DNA from: Hemiscyllium ocellatum
Taxonomy: Eukaryota
Assembly (NCBI RefSeq): GCF_020745735.1
Contig: NC_083402.1
Span: forward strand, 7,440,001 to 7,504,000
DNA: 64,000 nt
Direction: 5' to 3'
Shown piece after piece: positions 23,045 through 35,937 of the stretch (its first letter is position 1; each line of letters begins with the position of its first letter). A model generated the notes under the pieces. It saw nothing but the letters and a program-made list of their open reading frames with translations. It searched no databases and was not told where the DNA came from. The translations under genes were made by a program, and so were the position numbers.

Positions 23045-26000
23045 CCATGTTGACTATCCCTATTCATTCCTTGCCTCTCCAAATGCATATAAATCCCAAA
23101 TTTCAGAATTATTTTCAACAACTTATCCACCACTGAAGTCAGACACACAGGTCTGAAGTTCCCAGGCTTCCCCTGACATCCCTTCTTGAACATTAGTCAC
23201 TCTCCACTCACTCAGCGTCTCACTCGTATTTATAGATGATACAAATGTTTCTGCAAGGTGCCCAGCAATTTCATCTTAACTTCTGACAAAGTCCTGGGAT
23301 TCATGAGATCAGGGCTCAGAGATTTATATTTTCAAAGACCTCCAGCCCTTCCTCTTCTGTAATGCAAACGGTTTTCAAAACATCAATATTTATTTCTCAG
23401 CGTTCTCTCACCTCCACTTCTCTCTCCACAGTAAAAACTGACAACAAATATTCACTTAAGATCTCTTCCAGCTCTTGAGGTTGAATACAAAGGCAATCTC
23501 TTTGCCCTATACTCTGTCTCTTGTTGCTGTCTTGGTCTTAATGTATTTATAGAATCCCTTTGGATTATCCTTAACCTTATTTGCTGAGGCTATCTCATGT
23601 CCTTTCTTTGACTTCCTGATCGCCCTCGTATGAATGCCCCGACACTCATTATATGGTGCAAGAGATCCATTTGGATCCAGTTGTTTATATTTAGTGTACG
23701 ATTCTCTCCTATCCCTGACTGGAAACTCAATCCCTTTGTTCACACATTGTTCCCGAAAGCAGTACAGTTGAAACCGTCCTTTGTGAATGGTCTTTTCTGT
23801 CTCAGAAGAGGACACAGTGATCCAAGAATCTGAATCCCTCTTCAGCCATTGATTTGTCTCCTTTATCCTTTTGTTCCCTCATCTGAGCTTGGCTTTGGGA
23901 GTAAACCAGAGATTATTACTTTTGTGGGTCTGTTTTTTAATCTTCGACCTAACCTTTGATATTACTTTGTGAAGACTTAATCTTTCCCTAACTATGTCAT
24001 TCCCATCAATGTGTACAAAAATATCTGGTTTCTCATTATTCCCTTTAACAGTATGCTTCAAACATTTTGCAATGTCCTTAATCCTAGCACCAAGAAAACA
24101 GTCTAATATCCTAGATCCATGCTCACTGCTGCAGAACCTCCTGTCTGTCGCCTTGACAGGAGAATCACCTACAACAATTATTCTTTTAAATGTTGTCAAA
24201 TCCCTTTGAACATAAGGTTCATTTTTAGCGCCCGAGATCTGACTGTCCCTTCTAATTTCCTCTGAGAGATTATCCTTTCAACAGTCCGAGAGATTTCTGA
24301 ACTACCTTCTTACCTTTCCTGACAGTCATCCTATCTGACTGATCCTGCTGTGTTATCACCTCTCGAAATCTACTGGCCATCTAACTCTGTGTCTCTTGTA
24401 TGTCCTCAATGTCATTAAGTCAAAAAAGAAGCAACTTACACTGACATTTTAACTCTAAAATAAACTACATTTCTTTATCAAAAGAGCTAATATTAAGCAC
24501 AAGTGGTCAGCAGACAGCTATCAATGTTCTGATTAAAAATAAAATCCCACTCCAGAGCCAACCACGTGTTAACCTGTCCAAGAGTTCTGTGACCACAACT
24601 TGGTTTGAAACAAAACTTCCCTCAGCAATGATTTTCCATCAGCAAAACTTCCCACAGCCCACATGTGGGCCTATCCAAAAAGTCCATTGATAGGACTCTG
24701 TTTGATAAAATAAATTGTGCCTGTCCATTTTGGGAATTTCTTTTGTGTTATTGAATATAAAATAACTAAAAGTGAATCAAACAAAAAGCTTTTCTGACTG
24801 AAATGTAATAAATGTAAGAAAGCTGGAAGTAAATTTGAAAATAAATCTGAATCTCAGGAGCAGCTGCAAGACCCACACTCCTCTCAGTCCACTGTCATTG
24901 ATCATTTTATTTCTGAAGAAGTGTCACTGGACCCAAAACATTAACTTTACTTTCTCTCCACAGATGTCACCATACCTGCTGAGTTTTTCCCACAATTTCT
25001 GTTTTTGTCTCTGCCATCCTTACTTGGTCAGGTCTCTCCAGGACAGGGGTGGACAGTACATCAGGATTGAAGAAGGGTGTTCACTGTGTCAGGTCAGTGG
25101 AAGTGAGTGTATGTCCTGGAGGTTGGGCCAGGGGCTGTGTGAGGAACAGCACTAGATCCCATGATTTCTGTCCCTAGCCCTATCTACACGTGAATGCTGA
25201 CCCACTGAATTATATTTGCCGCTGGGTAAGGAATCTTCTATGAAGCTGGGGACATCTTCTGGGTCAAGTTAGGTGTGAATGCCACAGCCCTATTATTTGC
25301 ACTGATGAGCAGGGCCCCCCTCATTGAGGATGGGGATATTTGTGGAGACTCATATTCCTGTTAGTTGCTTAATTGTCCTCACCCATTCATAACTGCATGT
25401 GACAGGTCTGCTGAGCTTATATCTGATGCACTGACAGTGGAATCACTTCCCCAGAGCATCAATTGTGGTTTATGCTGTTTGACACAGAAGTAGTTTTAGA
25501 GCTGACATCTCATTTTCAGGTTTGCTGGTGATGTTCCTGGCATCACCTCCTGCATTGTTCATTGAACCAGAATTGATGTTCTGACTTGATTGTAATGGCT
25601 GAGTGGGGGGAATTACATGCCATGAGCTTACAGATTGTGTTACAGCTCACTCTGCTGTACTGATGGCCCACAGTGTCTCAGGGATCCCAGTCTTGACTTG
25701 CTCGATCTGTTCAAAGTCTGTCCCATTTAACACAGGCCTAGTGCCATACATGATGGGGATGTACCTCAGTGTGAAGATGGGAATTTGTCTCCACGGGACT
25801 GTGTGATAGTTACTCCTCCCAATTCTATAATAGACAGATAGACGACTGAGGACAAGGTCAAGCTTTTCTCTCTTGTTGGTTCCCTCACCACCCGCCACAG
25901 ACCCAGTCCAAGAGCTATGTCATTTCAGATTCCACCAGCTCAGGCAGTAGTAAAGCTGCTGAGTCTGTCTTGGTGTTGGACAGTGACGTCTCCCACCCAG

Positions 26001-26579
26001 AGTACATTCTGTGCCAGTGTTGACCTCAGTGCTTCCTCCAAGTGGTGATAAACATGATCAGAAGCCTGGGAGTGGGGGGAATGTGGCAGTGGGTAGTCAT
26101 CCAGAGATTCCCTTGCTCATGTTTGACCTGATGTCATCGGACTTCATGATAATGTTTCGAGTTCAGAAAATTCTGCTCAGCAACTGCTGTCTGATTGGTT
26201 GAACTGTGCTGTTACAAAGTTATATATTCCTGGAGTCTCTGAAAGTGGAAAGTATCTGGGGCCTACAGAGAGAAAGCAGCCAGCTCTGCCTCTCCCCCAT
26301 CACTGGAGAGAAAAGCAGAGAAAACACAAGTAATCTGGAAAGAAAGAAGTCACATGTGAAAAGTTCTAAGTTCTCCTGAATGGCCGTTGAATTTGAAGCA
26401 TAACCATCACTGTCCGGAACACAGCATCTCATTCCTGCTACAAAAAACACAAGAACTGTGAGAGAGAACGATCCTTCCATCTTGTGGTCAGGACTTTTAT
26501 TTTCAGAGTTTTGTTTACCCTGTTACCCTGTCTACATTCTTTTGTCACTCATATAAATCGTCTATCTTTTCTCTGTCTT

Positions 26580-26581
<2 letters not shown>

Positions 26582-26615
<34 letters not shown>
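26582..26615. repeat. (GT)n microsatellite
   Basis: Direct reading. Confidence 0.95.
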
Positions 26616-26618
<3 letters not shown>

Positions 26619-26914
26619 TGGCTTTGAAGGGATGCTGTTTCGGAGCATTAATTAGGTATCCATTTCTTTCACTGCTCTTATTACTGGAATTATTCATTCA
26701 TGGAATTATTTAACTGTTACTGAAGAATCCTGGTGTTGCTCAGTTCTGTCCTGAGTAACAGTCTGTCAGGCACTTTGGGTGTTGGGGTCATCCTATTGGG
26801 ATTCTTGTACATTTGTGTAGCTCCTGATAATGTGTGGATCAGTAGGACATGTTCAGCCATAACATGAATCATTGAGTTTAGTAAGGAGTGATGAAGATGA
26901 TTGATGAATGGAGA

Positions 26915-28105
26915 GTGGTGGACATGGCCTAAATGGACTTCAGCAAGGTATTTGACAGGGTTCTGCATGATAGACTGGTTAACAAGGTTAGATCACATGG
27001 AATACAGGGGGAACTAGCCATATAGATACCTAACTGGCTTGAAGATAGGACACAGAGTGTGGTGGTGCAGGATTGCTTTTTAGACTGGAGGCCTGTACCC
27101 AGCGGTGTGCTGCAAGGATCGGTGCTGGATCCACTGCTTCTTATCATTTATATAAATGGCTCAGATGTGAATATCAGAGAAATGGTCAGTAAGTTTCCAG
27201 ATGACACCAAAATTGGAGGTGTAGTGAACAGCAAAGAAGGTTATCACAGAGAACAATGGGACTTTGATCAGATGGGCCAATGGGCTGAGGAGTGGCAGAT
27301 GGAGTTTAACTTAGATAATTTTGAGGTGTTGCATTTTGTTAAGGCAAATCAGGGCAGGACTTATACACTTCCTGGTAAGGTACTGGGGAGTGTTGCCAAA
27401 CAAAGAGACCTTGGAGTGCAGGTTCATTGTTCTTTGAAAGTGGAGTCAAAGGGTAGACTGGTTAATGAAGGAAGCATTTGATAAACTCACCTTTATTGAT
27501 CAATGCATTGAGTACAGGAATGAGGAGGTCTTGTCATGGCTGTACAGGATGTTGGTTGGCCCACTTTTGGAATACTGCATTCATTTCTGGCCTCCCTGCT
27601 ATAGCAAAGATGCTGTGAAACTCAAAAGAGTTCAGAAAAGATTGAGGAGAATGATACCAGGCCTGAAAGGCTTGAGTTGTGGGCGAAGCTGAATAAGCTG
27701 GGGCAAGATTCCCTGGAGTGTTGGTGGCTGACGGGTGACCTTAAAGGTGTTCATCAAATCGTAATTTAAACATGATAAATAGTCAAGGTCTTTTCTCCAG
27801 GGTACGGGCGTCCAAAACTAGAGGGCACAGGTTTAAGGTGGGAGGGGCAAGATTTAAAAGGGACCGAAGGGACACCGTTTTCATGCAGAGTGTGGTGTGA
27901 GAATGAAATGAACTGCCAGGGGATGTGGTAGAGGCTGGTATAATTATAACATTTAAAAGGCATCTGGATGGTATATTAATAGGAAGGGATCTGAGGGGTA
28001 TTGGCCAAATATGGCAAATGGGACAAGATTTATTCAGGATATCTGATGGGCATGGGCAAGTTGGACTGAAGGGTCTGTTTCGGTGCTGCACATCTCTGTA
28101 ACTTC
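26915..28105 (+). mobile_element. CR1 3' fragment
   Basis: ORF 27059-27481 WRPVPSGVLQGSVLDPLL...KFPDDTKIGG. Confidence 0.85.
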
Positions 28106-28568
28106 CCTTTCACACTTTATACTGGTTTTGTCCAACTCAGGGTCTCCCTTTGCCATTGATGTGGGAGTTTTAGAGTTGAATCTGTTGCTGTGGGACTGGA
28201 GTCACATGCAGGTCAGACTGGGTAAGGACGGTATTTCCCTTTTCTAAAGAACATCAGTGAACCAGATGGATTTTTTCCAACAATTGATCATGGTTTCATG
28301 GTTCCCCATAGATTGGTGTTTAATTCCTGATGTAATAACTGATTTGAATTTCCAGCAGCTGCCATGGTGGGAACTGAAACTCTGTCCCCAGTGTATTGGA
28401 TTGCTCATGAATTTACATTACTATTTGTTCACTCCCTCTCATTATAGCTGTTTAACCTGTTCTCACTAAATAACATACTCAGAATAGAGTCTCCAAGTTT
28501 CACTTCCACACACTGATGTCTGTGTTCAGACACTATCTCCCTCTCTCTCTCTCCCTCTTCCCTCACAG

Positions 28569-28948
28569 TGGTTTCTGTTAATGGTTGGTCAATGACAGTC
28601 GCGGATGGAGTGAGGGCTGAGGAAGGAGGCTCCGCTGTCTTACCCTGCAGCTTCACCCACCCTGACACTCACCTCACACTCACCGGCTCCATCTTATGGT
28701 ACAAGGCGGAAACATGGGTTTTTTCTTTAAGTGTACATATCCTGGTCCAGACCATTCCCAGGGTGAGCTGTGTGAGAATGTGACACAGCACGAGGGTGGG
28801 AATCGATTCAGATTCGTGGGGGGTCTCACCAACCACAATGTCTCAATAATGATGAAGGGACTGAGCCAGGAGGATGCTGGTCCCTATTGTGTAGAGCTCA
28901 ATATTGAGAATTTTCAAACAAAGTCTCCAACAACGCTGGAAGTTGAAG
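28569..28948 (+). pseudogene. Ig V-set exon type I, frameshifted copy 3
   Basis: Acceptor cacag| and donor |gtaagg intact, but a 1-nt deletion near 28720 splits the frame (ORFs 28568 and 28696). It shares the 6-nt F-strand deletion with copy 1. Confidence 0.9.
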
Positions 28949-30234
28949 GTAAGGAACAATGTTAGGATGGTGTCACTGCCCCGATAGCTCAATGGGAACA
29001 GACTCCACCTGGACCGGGAGCTCTCGGGTTGGCTCCTTCTCTTGGGCTCTTTCAGTTGGTCTCAGGCAGGAGGCAGTGAGAAGGAGAGAGAGAGAGATGA
29101 GGCTGGGATTTATGGACCATTCCATCACCGTGTCTGAAACTCCCCATGGTATCCCATCAACTCCCTAATTTGTTTTTGAAGATGTCAGGACATGATAAGA
29201 ATGTGGTTGGAAAAGGAAATGGGATTTACAGGTTTCAGAAATGGAGGTGTTGAGAACTGAGGCAGGTAGCCCATAAGATATAGGAACAGAGGAAGGCCAT
29301 TCAGCCCATTGAGTCTGTTCCACATTCAGTGAAATCATGACTGTGATGATAAACGTCAATTCCCCATTCTTGCTTTATCTTCACAATCCCTGATTCCGTG
29401 AATGATTAAAAATTTGTCTGTCTCAGCCTTGACTATTCTCAATGACCCAACATTAACTGCTCTCTGTGGTAAAGTAGTCCAGAGATTCACTACCCTCTTA
29501 GAGAAAACATTCCTCTCATCTGAAATGTGTAACCCCTCATTCTGAGCTGATGCCCTCTGTTCCTGACAAAGGGGACAACCACGCTGCATCCACCTTATCA
29601 AGCACTCGAAGCATCTTTAATGTCTCAATTTGGTCACTTGTCATTCTTCTGTAATCCATCAAGCACAGGCTCAATCTTGTCAAACGCTGCCCATAAGACA
29701 GCCCCTCCCGACCTGGCATCAACCAATTGAATCTTCTCTGGCCTGCCTCCAATGCCAGTTTCACTTTCCTTTGATAAGGGACCAAACCTATCCACATATT
29801 CCAGCTGTGAACTAACTAGTGTCTGGTAAAACCTCCCCACTTTAAAATTCGATTCCATTTGAAATAAAGGAGCATTTCATTGACCTTCCCTACTCTCTGC
29901 TGAATGTTTTGTGAAATTTGCATGTTCTTCTGTTCTGGAACTTTCTGCAGGCTTTCTCTGTTTCACGAATATTCAGCCTCTCTATTCTTTGTGCCAAATG
30001 TATGACCTTACATTTTCCACATTATATTTCAATTGCTAAGTTTTTCTCACTTATTTAACCTGTCAACATCTCTCTACAGCTACACTGACCTCATCCAAAT
30101 CATTAATGTATATTATAATAAATGTGGCCCCATCTCAGATCCTGTGATACACCACTAATTACAGTTTGCTGGCTGGATATCACTCCCACCTTATCCCAAC
30201 TCTCTGTTTTCTATCAGTTTGTGTAACCAACAGA

Positions 30235-30590
30235 ACTGAGGTGTAATCTAGGTAGCTGTGGGAGTCAGTCGGTTTATAGTAGATGTCCGTGTTGATTCGG
30301 TCGCCCGAGATAGAAATGGAGAGGTCTAGGAAGGGGAGGGAGGAGTCTGAGACGGTCCAGGTGAATTTGAGGTCAGGGTGGAAGGTGTTGGTAAAGTGGA
30401 TGAACTGTTCAACCTCCTCGTGGGAGCATGAGGCAGCGCCGATACGGTCATCGATGTTGTGGAGGTAAAGGTGGTGGGTGGTGCCAGTGTAGTTGCAGAA
30501 GATGGACTGTTCCACATATCCTACGAAGAGACAGGCATAGCTGGGGCCCATGCGGGTGTCCATGGCAACCCCTTTGGTTTGGAGCTGTGG
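30235..30590 (-). mobile_element. Penelope RT fragment
   Basis: AMDTRMGPSYACLFVGYVE...KPTDSHSYLDYTS on -. Confidence 0.85.
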
Positions 30591-31036
30591 AGCCATAAAC
30601 TATCTTGTTACAAGTCTGCCATTGTTCCTCATCTGTTTTTGCTGCTAAACTGTTTCTGCAGCTCACTCCAGCCAGTTCTGCCCCCATTCCCTTCGATAAG
30701 CTAAGCACAGCAGCTGCCAACCCAAGCTCCTCCCCCTCAAACTGAATATTCAATGCTATCGTGTTATGGTGACAGATTCCAGGGTATCTTTCACTCTGGC
30801 ATCAGTTATTAAGCCTGAATCATGACACATCACCAAACCCAAACTAGCCTGATCCCTGGTTGGATCCACATCACATTGTTCTCAGAGACTGCCTTCAATA
30901 TGTCTCTGAATTCTTCCTCATGGCTCCCTCTGCTAATCTGACTATCCCAATGTGCACGAAGATTCAAGTCACCCATGATTAATGAACTGCCTCTGTTACA
31001 TGCCTTTACTATCTGCTGATTTATTCCCTTCCCCAC

Positions 31037-31626
31037 TGTGACAATACTGCTCCTTTGACAAGGATATTCTGTTCTTGGTTTATTGAGAGGGTTGTAAACA
31101 GAGAAGTTTTAGGGCCTATTTGATTATAGATAACAGATACTGCCTCAGGAAATAGGCTTTCAAATTAAAACAGAAAAGAATTATGCAATGAAAGGGAAGT
31201 GGCCAGTTAACCCAGCTTAACTTTTTTCTGGTTTGGTTTGGTTCAGCAAGCAGTCAGTTTTTGAGGTTGCTGGTCAAAGAAACAGCTCCATGTTGATCCT
31301 CTCTCTCTCTGACATCTCTCCTGTGTGAACCAGGGTTTGACTGTAGCTTTTTTGCCAAGAGAGTGTTTATGGGGACGTTCCAAGCATTTGGAACAGCATC
31401 ATTAAGTTGCAATCGAGGCGATTGGGTTTTTAAATAGTTCTGGGATTCAAATGTGTTTTTCTTTTGTTCATGTGTGAATAAATACTGTTTTGTTTAAAAG
31501 TGAGTGGTTGGGCCATATGCATCTCTCCTGGATTATCCAATCGACATTTGCATAAAACAACTCAATAAGTTAGGGTCTGGGCGAATTTCCTGAAGTGTTT
31601 TGAGGGGGTGTGCCTGGTCCATGACA
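31037..31626. mobile_element. Solo LTR (590 bp) with 5-bp TSD
   Basis: Starts TGTGAC, ends ATGACA; cccac at 31032-31036 and 31627-31631; internal AATAAA. Confidence 0.8.
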
Positions 31627-31849
31627 CCCACCATTTAGCTACTGCTATGGGACCCATGGTTTACTCCCACAACATCTTATTTCCGTTTTTGTTCCTTATG
31701 GAAGGAACCATAAGGAAGGCTGATCCATACAATTATAGAATTAGACAGGATGGAAGAGGCCTTGAGCCATACAGTCTACACCAACAAAAACATCACTGTC
31801 AGTCTGCACCTGTCCAACCTTCCAGCATTTGGTCCATAGCCTTGTATGT

Positions 31850-33390
31850 TACATAGAACACAGAACAGTACAGCACAGTATAGACCCTACAGCCCACGAT
31901 GTTGTGCTGACCATTTATCTTAACCTTAGATCAAAATATCCTCCACACCCTCAATCTTCTGCCATTCTTGTGTTTGTCCAACAGTCGTTTGAATATCCCT
32001 AATGTTTCTGACTTTACTACCACTACCACTGCCTTCCACATATCCACCAGTCTCTGCATAAATAAACTACCTCTGACATCTCCCCAATACCTTCCTCCAA
32101 TCACCTAAAATGATGACTCCTTGTGACAGTCATTTCTGCCTTAGGAAGAGTCTCTGGCTATCTACTCTGTCTATGCCTCTCATTACCTTGTATACCTCTA
32201 TCAAGTCACTCCTCTCTTCCTGCTTCTCTCCAGTGCAAAAAGCCCTCACTCAATCAACCTCTCTTCATAAGACAAGTCGTCCAATCCTGTGAGTATCCTG
32301 GCAAATATCCTCTGAACCCTCTCTAAAGCATCTACTTCCTTCCAGTAATGGGACAACCCAGAACTGGACATAATATTCCAAGTGTGGTCTAACCAGGATT
32401 TTATAGAGCTGAAGCAAAACCTCGCGGCTCTTAAACTCAATTCCACCTGTTAATGAAAACCAAACACCATCCGCCTTCTTCACAATGCTATCCACTTGGG
32501 TGACAACATTGAGGGATCGATGTACATGGACCCCAAGATCCTCTGTTTCTCCACACTGTCAAGAATCCTGTCTTTAACCTTGTATTCAGCATTCAAAGTC
32601 GACCTTCCAAAATGCTCCACTTCACATTTATCCAGGTTGAACTCCATCTGCCATTTCTCAGCCCAGATCTGCATCTGCCAATGGCTTGTTGTAGCCTCCA
32701 ACAGGACTCTACACTCACTACAACACCACCGGCATCGGCAAACTTACTAACCAACCCTGACAGGTCTTCATTCATGTCATTTATAATAACTACAAAGAGC
32801 AGAGGCCCAAGAACAGATCCCTGTGGAACATCACTGGTCACTGACTTCTCGTGGAATACTTTCCATTCACTATCACTTGCTGTCTTCATTCAGCAAGCCA
32901 ATTTTGTATCCAGACAGCCACATCTCCCTGTGTCTCATACCTACTAACTGTCTGAATTAATTGACTATCAAATGCCTTATTGAAATCCATAAAAACCATA
33001 CCCAATGCTCAACCTTCCACAATTTATCTCATCACATCCTCAAACAACCCAATCAGGCTTGTGAGGCATCACCTGCCCTCACAAAGCCACGCTGACAATC
33101 TTTAATCAAACTTTGTTCTTCCAATAGTCATAAATCCTTTCCAGGAAGTTGCTTACCACAGACATCAGACTGACAGGTTTGTAATTCCCAGAGATTTTTC
33201 TATTCCTTTTCTCGAACAGAGGAATAACACTCGCCTCCCTCCAATCATCCATTACTACTCCCATGGAGAGTGAGGATTCAGAGATCATCACCAGAGAGCA
33301 GCAATCTCATTCCTCGCTTCCCATAGTAACCTTGGATATATCTGATCCGGCCCTGGATACTTATCTCTCTTGATGCTTCCCAGAATTTTT
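31850..33390 (-). mobile_element. CR1 fragment abutting the acceptor of the type II pseudo-exon
   Basis: VPQGSVLGPLLFVVIIND and GNYKPVSLMSVV motifs on -. Confidence 0.85.
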
Positions 33391-33417
33391 ACCATTTTGA
33401 TGTTCGTCCTTCCTCAG

Positions 33418-33699
33418 CTGCTCAAGGAAATGTCTCAGTAGTGAGTGGGACAGAGGAAGATTCAGTTACTTTATCCTGTATCTTCAGGAGCTGGGACTCC
33501 CACGCCCCTGACCACTGTTACCTGGATGAGGAAGGAGGCCTCCCAACACTTCATTACATTTACAGCCCAATCACAAGGAACTTGGACAACTGTACAACAG
33601 TGGAAATCGGTACGAGCTCATCGGGAACCCAGAGGAGGGAAACACCTCAAACTGATTCTCAGTATCTGATCTAGAAAGAGACACGGGTGGTGGTTTATG
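33418..33699 (+). pseudogene. Ig V-set exon type II, disabled copy
   Basis: Paralogue of 17917 with two +1 insertions, an internal deletion of the E/F strands and a TAG; splice sites still present. Confidence 0.9.
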
Positions 33700-34477
33700 G
33701 TAAGAAATCATTATGGATGGGAGACAACAATTGATCATATAATCGTTGGATGGTTAATCCAACACCCAGGTAATGTTCTGGGAGTAGGATTCAAATCCTA
33801 CCATGGCAGATGGTGGAATTTGAAATTAATAAAATTCTCAAAGTAAGAGTCAAAAGCTGACTATGTGACCACTGTTTATTGTTGTAAAAACCCATCTGGT
33901 TCACTAATGATCTTTCGTGAAGGGAACTGTCATCCTAACCTGGCCTGGCCTACTTGTGACTCCAGACACACAGCAATGTGGTTTATTCTTAACTAATGGG
34001 ATGAGTAATCAATGCTGCCCTACCCAATGTCCTTCTCATCCTGTAATTTAATGAATATGAAGAAGTATTCCGTCTGTAGAGGTGTACAGTGAGAGTGCAG
34101 CAGGTCTGTGAATTTTTATGATTTGGTCATTGAAACTAAAATATTACCCCTGTTTCTCTCCATAGGTGGGGTCTGGCCTGCTGAGTATTTACAGCATTTT
34201 GATTTTTATTTCAAATTTCCAACATCTGCAGTATTTTGCTTTTGTGTTTGAAATTTGACTTTTAAACATTTAATGTAATTTGATGTGTTGATCCTTTTAG
34301 GTACATTCTGATGTCAGTATTGAAAGGCATTGACACACTCAGATAATTCAGTTCAATCTTCAAACGATCCAAAGTTAAACTGACAATGGGATCATCTCCT
34401 CGAGCAGGAAGGTGCTGCAGAGTAATGTGTCCCTCTTGGTTACAATGAAAGTGTTCACACCTTCATCGGGAATAGTT

Positions 34478-34677
34478 NNNNNNNNNNNNNNNNNNNNNNN
34501 NNNNNNNNNNNNNNNNNNNNNNNNNNNNNNNNNNNNNNNNNNNNNNNNNNNNNNNNNNNNNNNNNNNNNNNNNNNNNNNNNNNNNNNNNNNNNNNNNNNN
34601 NNNNNNNNNNNNNNNNNNNNNNNNNNNNNNNNNNNNNNNNNNNNNNNNNNNNNNNNNNNNNNNNNNNNNNNNNNNNN
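34478..34677. other. Assembly gap (200 N)
   Basis: Direct reading. Confidence 1.
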
Positions 34678-35560
34678 TGTATATCTAAAATAACATGTTT
34701 ACATTTATATCCCAATTCCTCTTTTATTCAAGGAGAGCATTTTATTAACCTTCCTGGAATCCATGGTGTAAGATTGTACCTACCTTTGTGACCTGATTCC
34801 CACCCACATGTTAGAATCTGCAGTGGTTCTCCATTCACATATTTCCTACTTTTTCCCTGTGTTTCGTGTGTCTGCCCTGCCCAATGTCGTGTACTCTGTG
34901 ATCAGTACAGGCGAATCCAACTCTCCTGTTCAGTGCTTTAACCAGATGATGACACATGATCACATTGTGGTTTGTGGCAGCTTGCAGTAAGAAAATTAGT
35001 TGACTGCAAACATAAAAAATAGAGCTTCATCTGCTGTAAGGGGTTATTCAGTGCCTGAGATCATGAAAAGTTAGGCATAAATGCATTTATTTTCATTCTT
35101 GTAATGAGAAATGCAACAACCAGTTTGTGAAGAGTAATGTCCCACAAACAGCACTGTGTTCAATCAGTTAGCCTGTGTATTTTCATGATGTAGCCTGAGG
35201 GATGAGTGATGGTGAGGACACAATGATCTGGGTTGAGGGATGAGTGACAAGGACACTGTAGAGAGCTCCTCTGTTCTTCATTGAAATAATGCATGTGGAA
35301 TTGTTCACATCCACCTGAGAAAGCAGGCCAGTGCAACCTTTAACATCTCAGCCACAAGATAACACTTTAGACATTGCAGCGCTCCATTCGAACTGCTCCG
35401 AAGTCTCAGCATTGATCTTACGTTGTAGCCACTGGAAAGGGGGAATTGAACCCACAGCCTTCTAACTCCGAGGGGTATGTGGTGTCCACTGAGCTGTTGC
35501 TGATACCTAACAACACACCTACCAATAAATATCCCCTTATCATTCCTGTTTGTGTTACAG

Positions 35561-35608
35561 ATCAGGACAGTTCCAGCTTCTGTGCCAAGATTGACAGCAA
35601 CAGAACAG
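35561..35608 (+). pseudogene. Degenerate paralogue of cytoplasmic exon 45018-45071
   Basis: Shared acceptor (tcctgtttgt.ttacag) and gacagcaacaga; TAT (Tyr) aligns to TGT (Cys); donor GT reads GG. Confidence 0.65.
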
Positions 35609-35937
35609 GGAAATGGCTGCACCTTGGTGGTTTTGAGCTTTTGTCTAGATCTGAGATGGGATGAGTGACTGGTGTGGACAGAACAGCCTGAGAGTTTTCA
35701 GTTCAGTGGGAGAGAGGAGTGAATGGAGGAGGGCAGAGAAATACAAAGACCAGTGTCAGTTCTCAATGAATGGGACAAGTGCGGCTTAAAGGCCAGAGGG
35801 AGAGGTCCAGGTGGAGGAAGAGAGTTGGAGGTGGGTGAAAGGGGTCTGTGGGATGGACAGAGGACTCCTGTCCAAAGAAATGGGCACAGAGGCAAAGGCA
35901 ATGGAAGAAGAGATCAACATCATGTCGTGTCTGAACC

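Larger units (their letters stand above)
20263..30219. repeat. Segmental duplication, copy B (paralogous to 1-5895)
   Basis: See copy A; retains 24191-28581, which copy A lacks. Mostly CR1/L2 remnants plus V exon copy 3. Confidence 0.9.

Noticed and set aside
26220-26480. Unique-looking purine-rich stretch as an exon
   Set aside because: No convincing splice sites, motif or paralogue; left unannotated.
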